A DNA stretch of 64,000 nucleotides from assembly GCF_964355755.1 (NCBI RefSeq), contig NC_092670.1:41205388-41269387 (forward strand), in the 5' to 3' direction. Of this stretch, positions 14,201 through 24,600 are shown piece by piece; position 1 is the stretch's first letter, and the number at the start of each line of letters is the position of its first letter. Source of the DNA: Antedon mediterranea. Lineage: Eukaryota; Animalia; Echinodermata. The notes under the pieces were generated by a model. That model was given only the letters and a program-made list of their open reading frames with translations. It made no database searches and had not been told where the DNA came from. Position numbers and translations under genes: made by a program.

Positions 14201-14359
14201 ACTTTTGCCGAGCGGCCTGCCTACTTCTACACACACATTTGGCCTAATTGTTTTGAGACTACTGTATATTATTATATATATAGGATAACGATTGAATCTA
14301 CTTTAATAGAGACTACCTGAGCCTCTACCACGGCCGCGATCCTTCTTTTGTTTTGTCAT
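5213..14359 (-). CDS. Argonaute (AGO subfamily; N, PAZ, MID, PIWI), multi-exon, divergent
   Basis: ATG at 14359 ([14 protein letters not shown]). Motifs [85 protein letters not shown] and C-terminal MYYA*. Confidence 0.95.
6727..6818 (+). mobile_element. Harbinger-like MITE fragment (same family as 16009-16076 and about 32324-32387)
   Basis: tta|agctctgtctacactatcaaact matches the TIR at 16009/16076; its internal part matches the reverse complement of about 32324-32387. Confidence 0.65.
6975..7320. mobile_element. TIR MITE, possibly Harbinger-like, in an Argonaute intron
   Basis: Imperfect ~30-bp TIR (ggcaaaactctcccttagca / tgctaagtgagagaaatgcc) with tga/taa flanks. Confidence 0.55.
9802..10107. 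repeat. 38-bp x8 intronic minisatellite
   Basis: Unit atgtctatgcctagtattataaggagaatggttgtaag. Confidence 0.95.
10931..11940. mobile_element. ~1-kb insertion with a Kolobok-like left end, flanked by a 19-bp direct repeat
   Basis: attgtattattgtacttaa at 10912-10930 and 11941-11959; the insert starts ttaa|aggggggttcc and is more GC/CpG-rich than the host intron. Confidence 0.65.
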
Positions 14360-15160
14360 CTTTGTTATTTTTAATTCAGTTTCTTGTACAGAAATCAAAG
14401 GTTTGTGAATCGCTCATCCACTCTCCTACTTCAGGATTTTCCATTTTTGCAAAAAATTATGGGTAGAGCAGAGCTAAAGACGATCCGACCAATCGGAAGC
14501 AATGACTAAAACTGGAAATTCCCCAACACATGACGAAATAATTATCGCAGCCATGATTGAATTTGTTGTAATTAATTTATTAGGTCAATTAAAAGATTTA
14601 AAACAAAATTACAATCGTCACAAAATTTCTTTACAAGCAATATTTCGATATTGGGATGAGGCAAAACTACATAAAAGTATTATATCTTACTAATGGAAGG
14701 TACTGTATTCATATAAAATACAAGGCCTACTACTAAATCCTGACCTAGTAGTACGTTCGTTTTGTAACTTTGAATTTCAACTTTTCATGTAATTATATAC
14801 AGTATTATTCTTGAAATAATGTAGTTGAAAAAAAACTTCAACTTACCTCTGCCTCGAGCACGTCCTTTTCCCCTTTTCGGCATTTCTTTAGAGCAACTCT
14901 TCTAGCAATAAGCGTTTAGCATTTGAAGGTAGTACAGTCACAGTAGTGAAAATTGAGATCATAGATTTATTTCGCAATTCAATTTGGAAAAAATGACTAA
15001 ATTTTGGAATTTCCCATTTTCAAAATAAATTTTCTTTAAATCAGGTTTTAACCAGCGATATATGTGATTAACTTTTCATATTTTGTCAGTTAATATCAAT
15101 ATAAAAAATCGTTATAATAAAACAATTAGGCAAAATTTTATTTTACTTTAGATACTTTAT

Positions 15161-15754
15161 TTACCTCCGCCAAGGAGGTATATGTAATCGATCGCGTGTG
15201 TTTGTTTGTCTGTCTGTTTGTTTGTTAGCAGGATTACTTAAAAAGTAATTAGGCCTACAAGGTCTTTACCAAAATGAATGTACAGATAGATATGTGGTCA
15301 AGGACCATTCCATTAAATTTTGGGACCATTTCGGACCACGGTCCCAATTCTGGACCACTTTTTAGTATACTTTTTTTTTTTTCGAGAAAACTACTTGTCC
15401 AAAAAACTTCATTTTTGTACAAGAGGCAAGAGTTATAATTTCTGATTTGTAATTTTAAAACATAATTTTATTTAATGTGCACGTTTTTTGATGCGAGTAG
15501 TTAAAAAAAACTCGTTTGATTTTCGCGTTGCTGTTCTATTGTTAGTCAACTGAAAGCTATTGTTAATTGTTGAAAGGCTTGTTACATAACCATTACACCA
15601 AACTCGCATACACATGCTTGTATATAAATTAGCCTAAATCAGAAACAGCATTAAGACACACACAAATATACATATTTTTTTTTTACCGGAGAAATCTTAT
15701 GTAGGAGAATTTTACAGTAGGCGGAGGTATGCACTCTCGGAGTGGCTTTCTAGT
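15161..15754 (+). mobile_element. Helentron-associated non-autonomous element (HINE/DINE-1-like)
   Basis: SubTIRs acctccgcc/ggcggaggt, (gttt/gtct)n microsatellite, 3' hairpin cactctcggagtg and ctagt end; a near-identical copy lies at 49501-50997. Confidence 0.85.
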
Positions 15755-16008
15755 TATTATATGTAATTATTGACGTATTATTATATTATTGCAAAGTATT
15801 TTACTACAAATTGTTGTGCAAAACCTTCATACATACATACAGTATGCATACTGTAATTTAAAATGATACGAAAAGGAATACCATATTTTTATTGTTCAAA
15901 AGGTATTTTAATAACTTTAAAAAGTCACTAATATTATATTACACTCTCATCTTATGTGTTTTTATAAATAACTCAATTCATAACTAGAGGCTGCTTTAGC
16001 CTGGCTAA

Positions 16009-16076
16009 AGCTCTGTCCACACTATCAAACTCACACATTTTTTTGTCGCATAAAGTTTGATAGTGTAGACAGAGCT
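16009..16076. mobile_element. 68-bp PIF/Harbinger-like MITE
   Basis: TIR agctctgtccacactatcaaact / agtttgatagtgtagacagagct; TAA on both sides. Confidence 0.8.
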
Positions 16077-16095
16077 TAACTTGGTGTAGATGTAC

Positions 16096-19000
16096 TTATA
16101 GGCTGCTTTTAGCCTGGCCAACACTTGATGCAGATTTCTTTCCAAGTGCTTTACATATAAAGTCTGCTGAACTTATCAATTTTCCAAGATCAACGCCCTG
16201 TAAATAAATCATAAATGTCTTTGGTTTAAAGAGCTTATAGTACTTGGCACCATCAAGTCAATAATGATTTGATTTCTAAAAGTATACAGTATTTTACTTA
16301 AGTCACAAATATGAAAATAGTGTATTGAAATAGAATCTTACTGTTTGAATCCCCAAACCATCTAACATATATACAACATCTTCTGTAGCAACATTACCAG
16401 AAGCACCTTTAGCATATGGGCAGCCACCAAGGCCAGCAATTGATGAGTCTACAACACTTATTCCCAGCTAGAAGTATAACAGACATTTTATTAATTAATC
16501 TATTGGTATCTACTAGTAATACGTTAATACCCCCCCCCCCCCCCGTCCCACAAGGACGTAGATCATAATAGCTATTAAGGTTGCAGTAATGTTTATTTTA
16601 CTGATACTGGCCTAGATACGTACACTCTCAATGGATGGAGAACAAACAGCAATCAACATGCTTTTATTGAAGTTTAAAAATGATGATGTAATCATGGTAT
16701 TGTTGACTGCTGCTGGTTAATTTTCCGCTGCAGTCTGTCAATTTACATAAGGCTCTTCCAACCCTGGACTTCTATAACGTAAATGGTTATTAGGTATTAC
16801 TGTATGATGAAATAGGATCTTTTAATTTAGTGGCATAAAAAACATTTAGTATGTAATTAAGGGTGTTGCTCAGGCAACTGGGGCAACACCCTTGCATCCG
16901 CCCCTGGCATACATAGGAATTGAAGGAACAAGAAACAAGGGTATGTAAAATGTCCTACTGTAATCAGTAAATAAATCACCTGTAAAGCAGCAAAGATATT
17001 GACTAAAGCTTGACCATAAGTGTTATGAAAATGAACAGCAAGTTGTTCAATTGGTACATCATTTATGACATCTTGTAGCATCTGTTGCACAGCTAGAGGA
17101 GTTCCAACTCCAATCGTGTCACCAAGAGAGATCTCATAGCAACCCATTTCACGCATTCTCTTTGCTACCTAAAAATACAGTTACATTTATTGTTTCTTTT
17201 CAGGTTGTCTTTTATTATTTCTTTTCACTATGCTATATGCAAGACAAGTGCATACACATTTTACATAAAAAATAAAATGTAAACCGCTATTTTGTTGTTG
17301 AATAGACCATAATCAGTTTGGGAGTGTTGGTGTACCTCATTATCAGAAATGTGCTTATTCCCACAATTTTGCCCTAAACATGCACCAGTGCTTTGAATAA
17401 TTTATTACGGGTTCAATGGAAGATTGGCTGACGATCACATACAAAAATTCAAAGTATTTCTTTTTTTAAATGCAAATCAATACTTGGAAACAAGTTTACC
17501 CTAGTTACTGCACTTGGTTCTATTTTGCCTTCGTATGGACAGCCTACTACGCAAGATACATAACCTCACAAGTTTACCCTAGTTACTGCACTTGGTTCTA
17601 TCTTGCCTATGTATGGACAGCCTACTACGCAAGATACATAACCTCACAAGTTTACCCTAGTTACTGCACTTGGTTCTATCTTGCCTATGTATGGACAGCC
17701 TACTACGCAAGATACATAACCTCACAAATTTACCCTAGTTACTGCACTTGGTTCTATCTTGCCTATGTATGGACAGCCTACTACGCAAGATACATAACCT
17801 CACAAGTTTACCCTAGTTACTGCACTTGGTTCTATCTTGCCTTTGTATGGACAGCCTACTACACAAGATACATAACCTTACAAGTTTACCCTAGTTACTG
17901 CACTTGGTTCTATCTTGCCTATGTATGGACAGCCTACTACGCAAGATACATAACCTCACAAGTTTACCCTAGTTACTGCACTTGGTTCTATCTTGCCTTT
18001 GTATGGACAGCCTACTACACAAGATACATAACCTCACAAGTTTACCCTAGTTACTGCACTTGGTTCTATCTTGCCTTCGTATGGACAGCCTACTACGCAA
18101 GATACATAACCTCACAAGTTTACCCTAGTTACTGCACTTGGTTCTATCTTGCCTTTGTATGGACAGCCTACTACGCAAGATACATAACCTCACAAGTTTA
18201 CCCTAGTTACTGCACTTGGTTCTATCTTGCCTATGTATGGACAGCCTACTACACAAGATACATAACCTCACAAGTTTACCCTAGTTACTGCACTTGGTTC
18301 TATCTTGCCTTCGTATGGACAGCCTACTACGCAAGATACATAACCTCACAAGTTTACCCTAGTTACTGCACTTGGTTCTATCTTGCCTTTGTATGGACAG
18401 CCTACTACACAAGATACATAACCTCACAAGTTTACCCTAGTTACTGCACTTGGTTCTATCTTGCCTTCGTATGGACAGCCTACTACGCAAGATACATAAC
18501 CTCACAAGTTTACCCTAGTTACTGCACTTGGTTCTATCTTGCCTTTGTATGGACAGCCTACTACACAAGATACATAACCTCACAAGTTTACCCTAGTTAC
18601 TGCACTTGGTTCTATCTTGCCTTCGTATGGACAGCCTACTACGCAAGATACATAACCTCACAAGTTTACCCTAGTTACTGCACTTGGTTCTGTCTTGCCT
18701 TCGTATGGACAGCCTACTACACAAGATACATAACCTCACAAGTTTACCCTAGTTACTGCACTTGGTTCTATCTTGCCTATGTATGGACAGCCTACTACAC
18801 AAGATACATAACCTCACAAGTTTACCCTAGTTACTGCACTTGGTTCTATCTTGCCTTCGTATGGACAGCCTACTACGCAAGATACATAACCTCTTACTGG
18901 AATATTTGCTTGTTTTGCAGATTTCATAACTTCCTCAAACCTCATCAAACTTTCGTCAATTGAACAATTTATATTTTTTCTAAAGTCAAAAATAAAAACA

Positions 19001-21523
19001 CAATTAGTTTAAAGACACCTTCCCTACAATTTGTGACGTTTTGTAAAAATAATACATATATATTACTTTAAAAACATTAAACCAGGTCATTCCTTGTCTT
19101 AAATGTACGTTTTATGGTAAATTATGATAAAAAGTGAGAAACAATGCACTACCTAAGTAGCTCGCGGCGACTGACCTCTCGTGGACGGTCTTTAGGCCTA
19201 GCCTAGCTAGGCTTAGTTATGTAGGCCTAGCTGGTAAACATCGGTAACGTACGAACATCGTACGCTAGCTATATACCTAGCCTGACATTGTATATTTGCT
19301 GCATTAATTGTCTTTCTATTTTTGCCAGACTCCGTTGATACAAATTGGGGAAAACCGGTATTTTCGCTGAAAAGTTAGGAGTCTTCCATTTGTTTTGGCC
19401 TCACAATCGATCGAAAAGTGGGTGAATTACAGAAGAAAAACAGAAATATCAATCCGCGCGCAATGCATTTAGGGATTTATAGCAGGCCGCTATAAATATT
19501 AGAATCGACTTATTTTTCACATTTTTAACCATTTAAAGACGAAAAAAGTTATCGCAATAGGACCATATATTATTTTTACATTAAATATAGTTTGTGATCT
19601 TAAAATAGATCTAAAAAACGTAGGGAAGGTGTCTTTAACTAATAAATTAACATTAAAAAGAGGAGATTGAAGAGAACGCTATGATTATAGGAATGCCATA
19701 CCTACTGAAAGATTCTGAAGCTGCTCCAAATATGGCAACTTCTTCCGCACCAGCTTCAACTGCTGAGTTAAACCCTTTCAGGTTTGGAACTAAGACTGGA
19801 TACTTTAATGATGGGTTCTTACTGATTGTCTTCATTACTTCTGTATGATCTGCCATCTTTAAACAAAATTAAATAATATCTCTACAATATGTTTTGTTTT
19901 CTAAATCATTAAAATCCAGAACTTGTACAGTATTTGATCATACCAACCTGAGGAACCCACTTTGGAGACACAAAGCTGGTGGCTTCAATGACAGCAAGAC
20001 CTGTCTCAGACAATCGGTTTATAAGCTCTACTTTCACCTCTGTTGGCACAATTTCCTAAAAAATATACAGTAATAAATGTTTCATTTATGGCCGACAAAT
20101 GTTTAGTACAAAACGTAACTTTAATAGCTTGCCATTGCAATAAAAAAATAATCACCTTTTCATTTTGAAGTCCATCTCTCGGGCCAACTTCAACAATTTT
20201 TACATATTTGGGTAGTTTTGATGCTAATGCCATTAAATCCTGTGGAAATAAAATATTTATAATTTATATATTCAATTAAGATGATTTGTCAGTGATACTT
20301 TTCTGGACATTCCAAGTTTAAGATGATTTGTCAGTGATACTTTTCTGGACATTCCAAGTTTAAGATGATTTGTCAGTGATACTTTTCTGGACATTCCAAG
20401 TTTAAGATGATTTGTCAGTGATACTTTTCTGGACATTCCAAGTTTAAGATGATTTGTCAGTGATACTTTTCTGGACATTCCAAGTTTAAGATGATTTGTC
20501 AGTGATACTTTTCTGGACATTCCAAGTTTAAGATGATTTGTCAGTGATACTTTTCTGGAAATTCCAAGTTTCAAAGACCAATTATTTTGTCTAATGAAAC
20601 ACCTATGTTTTTTTTCTCATATTTCTGTACTAATGCAATTAATTAATGCTTATGTATTTTGGATGCTTACAATGAGAGTAATTAAAAAAAAATACCATTA
20701 TTAATATCTTTCTTTAATATTTAAAGTTAATTTTCAAGGGGTTTTGATTGTGCAGAGAGATGTAAAAAATAGAGGGATCTTGGACAAGTGCAGCTGACAT
20801 TCTCATTCATGTGTAAGTTCCTTATTATTTTGTTCTCATATTAAACAGCATTATTTTTTCTCCCATCAACTTAAGGCAAAATGAATAATTCACAGATTAA
20901 TTATGGCATAAATTTTATTGGGGGCGCAATAAGCATGGAGATGAAAGTTTTTGTGTCGGTTTTGACAAATGTTCGGCTTCAGTCGAAGGCACCGAAGCAC
21001 TGCGTTCGATGCTCATCAACATCATCCATGTTTTTTATAATACTTTAATAGTTGAAACGTCAATCTTTTTTGTCATTAAATTTTATTTTTAAGTTAAAAT
21101 TAATATTTTAGAAATATGCTCAGTTATATTTATGAGGTCAGCTATCTTGTAATGTTTAACCCTTAACAATAATTAGGCTCCTGCAACAATATTCATAATT
21201 TCTGCCCTAACTTGAGAGGGAAAAAAATAATGCCCTGGTCGCAGCCTCTGCTGGGATACAGTCTAAATGTAGGCCAGGCTATGCTAATGCTATCTATTTA
21301 ATTATAATGCAAATGCAGGGTGTAGGCTAGTAATAGTATAGCGGCTAGCCTATTTATTTTAATAACTGCAGTTATAGTATGAAAGTCTGAATTTCTTTTG
21401 CTAAATACATAAATGGCCTGTTCAAAATCTATTAGAACTAAAGATAATACTTACCACTGAATACTTTTTTTGTAAAATCAGTGAAATTTTTTTAACTAAA
21501 AACCCACCTCTCCAACCACCCAT
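16096..21523 (-). CDS. HMGCL: Hydroxymethylglutaryl-CoA lyase, multi-exon
   Basis: ATG at 21523. Motifs [61 protein letters not shown] and [19 protein letters not shown]; ends QAKSSL*. Confidence 0.96.
17490..18893 (-). repeat. 78-bp x18 tandem array of an HMGCL exon end plus 5' splice site
   Basis: The minus-strand unit encodes [22 protein letters not shown] followed by |gtaaacttgtga. Confidence 0.97.
19013..19634. mobile_element. Kolobok-like non-autonomous DNA transposon
   Basis: TIR agacaccttccctac/gtagggaaggtgtct; TTAA on both sides. Confidence 0.85.
20276..20571. repeat. 42-bp x7 intronic minisatellite near the HMGCL exon 2 acceptor
   Basis: Unit ttaagatgatttgtcagtgatacttttctggacattccaagt. 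Confidence 0.95.
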
Positions 21524-21661
21524 GTTTACTGTTTTTGATATATAAAAGTGTTTGTCGCCCTCTATTTGAAATAAGTAAGATGGCTGCGTCCATGAAAAAG
21601 TAAGAATGAAAACGTGTTGAGTTTTGCTTGCATTTTAATTTATTTTCGGACTATAGTAAAC
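21524..21661. promoter_or_regulatory. Compact bidirectional promoter between HMGCL and DDX54
   Basis: Divergent ATGs are only 138 bp apart; YY1-like aagatggctgc at about 21578. Confidence 0.75.
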
Positions 21662-24600
21662 ATGGGGAAAAAACAAAAATTAACTGACAAGGTAATTTTT
21701 TCACGTAGTACATTAGTGCCAATTAATAAATTATTATTTATGTCTAGCTAGGCTAGTTAGCTTCTCTCTCTATTTAGGCTAGGTTAGGCCTAGCCTACTA
21801 GCTAGCTAGCCCGGCTAGCTAGCTAGAATACAGATCACTCCGGCCGCGCTTCACTCCGGCCGCGCTTCACTCCGGCCGCGCTTCACTCCGGCCGCGCTTC
21901 ACTCCGGCCGCGCTTCACTCCGGCCGCGCTTCACTCCGGCCGCGCTTCACTCCGGCCGCGCTTCACTCCGGCCGCGCTTCACTCCGGCCGCGCTTCACTC
22001 CGGCCGCGCTTCACTCCGGCCGCGCTTCACTCCGGCCGCGCTTCACTCCGGCCGCGCTTCACTCCGGCCGCGCTTCACTCCGGCCGCGCTTCACTCCGGC
22101 CGCGCTTCAATCCGGCCGCGCTTCAATCCGGCCGCAGCTATGGAGCGCCCAATGAGTCTTTTACAACTGAGACACGTTTTTTTGTAGAGAATCAAAATAT
22201 ACATTTGTAATCATACAGTATATTTTTTCTCTTTCAGGATCATAACAACATCGCAAGTGTTTTAAATTAGGTCTAATGCTAAAACAAAATAATTTATGTG
22301 TTTTATCCAATGTAATAGGCTAGGCCTAGTATATTAATTGTAATGTGATTAATTAATGTAATTTATTGCAATGTACCCTATATGTCATATTATTTTTATC
22401 ATATATAAATTAAAATATAAAATCATTGTAAATTGGACTGTACAAAAATGATATATTAATTCTTGATACAATTCCAGGTAACATTAATTAGACGGATATT
22501 TGATTATTTGAAATAAATAAATTAATATTGTAAATATTGTTATTAACTATAACAAACATCAATAATAATTGATTATTTGAAATAAATAAATTAATATTTT
22601 ACATTGTTATTAACTATAATTAGTAAGTATGGGTACTGGCAAGATAAAGTGTTATAAAAATAAGGGTTTTAACTAATTTTTAATGTTAATAAATGTAAAG
22701 CTATAAAAATAAATGTACATAGAAAGAAATTAAATATTGTTATTCAAGCATTAATTAGACAGGTATTTGATTATTATTTTATTATTGAATTTAATTAAGT
22801 TAAGTTTAGTTTGAAAGAAAAAGCAGTTCCAACTTCTTTGAATGTTATTCTTAATGAAAAAAAGTAAAATTGTTGCTAATAAATATTCAACTAGTTCCAT
22901 TTAAATTCACCAAGAATTTGTTATAACACTGAACAGTATAGAAAACGTAGATATGGGCGCTCCATACTAACCGGCCCCTTTGCACAGGAAGTCGAATTGA
23001 ATAGCGGCCGGAGTGCATAACATCGCGCTAAACTGATACGGCGGCCGGAGTGAAGCGCGGCCGGAGTGATCAGCTACCGCTAGCTAGGCCTACTAGCCTA
23101 GCTGTAGTTACGCCGATTCAGGGATGATTCGGCCCCAAGACGACATATTCTGTCTGAAAATAAAGTTTGGGGAAAAAAGCTTATTTTATGCTTAATGCAT
23201 ATCAAAGTCGATAAATGTAAGTGTGCCGAATCGTCTCGGGGCCGAATCGAGTCTGGGTTCCAGACGGAGTTTTGTCTTAATATTAGTAAAAAGATAAATA
23301 TTTTGGCACATATGGCGTTTCATACGTATACTACTTGATTTTGGATACTCCGTCTGGGGAAACACGCACAAGTCACGTGGTTTAACACCAAGAATTCTTG
23401 GTGCATACGATTATCCGGTTGACTAGTTTCAGCTGCATGCGATTGGATACTCACTCGTACACCGTTTTAATATTCATATTTCAGAATTTCAAAGACTCAA
23501 CAACTAAGATGATGCGCATGCGCTATGTTACGTTTAGACAATGTGTACATTTATGAAAGTTATTATTTTATATGCCTAGTAGTCTGCTAAACATTTGATG
23601 GGATTTTTCCCAAGAACATGCTCGTCTTGATGTGATAGGCTATAGCTTCTCGGCAATTCAAACATTGAATGGATCATTTATTACGCGGAGATAATTTTGA
23701 TTTAATTCCCACCCAGACCCGGTCCTGTTTTGTGTGGTGGTGGTGTAGCCCTGTTGTGTGCCGGTGGTATGTAGGCCTCGACCTTTATTGGCGTTTTATT
23801 TGGCAGGTCATACGTGCGAGTTGAGTAGGACCTACGAAAGAGGCCTAGGCCAAGGACTAAACAATTCATAAACAACAACAAAAAAACAACTTGGCATTAC
23901 GATTTTATATTTCAACAGTCTCGATTGTACATTCAGCACTGTACGTATTCGATCATCAAAATAATTATTGGTTGATTCGAAATCCATATTTACATACCGG
24001 CCGCCCCATATAGCCAAATACGGTATGATAACCTACGTCATTCTTATCGGATGTTTGCGGTCCGCAAATCGATTTCTATACGTGTTTCACAAGTCTGTAT
24101 TTTCAGACAAAAATCGCGGTCGAAATAAAAACAAATAAATAAAAAAAAAGACAATAAATACAGACTTGGGGCAAGTCTAGGCCGAATCGTCCCGCTACCG
24201 TTACGCCTGGCCCTGCTAGCTAGCCTAACTGGTAGCTACTATGATTCGGCCCAGCGAGAGGCTTTCGGCCCACTTAGGAGGTCGGCCTTTAATATAAATG
24301 TGATTCTTAATTTCTTATTGATTTTTTACAATTTAGGTAGCTGACTTCCTACCTGATTCATTTCCGTCAATGGAAGATGAACTCGATACTCGTAAAATGG
24401 TTAAAATTCAAAACAAAAAGAAAAAGTCAGGCGGCTTTCAATCAATGGGTGAGTCTATTTAAAAAGTTTACAAAAAAATGTTATTAATTAAATGATTCTT
24501 GAGATTGTGATTTTAATTAATAAAATGTTGTATCATTTATAGGTTTAAATCATGCAGTTTTTAAAGGTATAATACGTAAGGGATACAAAATTCCTACACC

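Noticed and set aside
17470-18963. 497-aa plus-strand ORF as a real gene
   Set aside because: It is fully explained as the antisense reading of the 78-bp HMGCL array; kept only as a low-probability de novo candidate.
20272-20574. 100-aa repetitive ORF
   Set aside because: Translation of a 42-bp intronic minisatellite.
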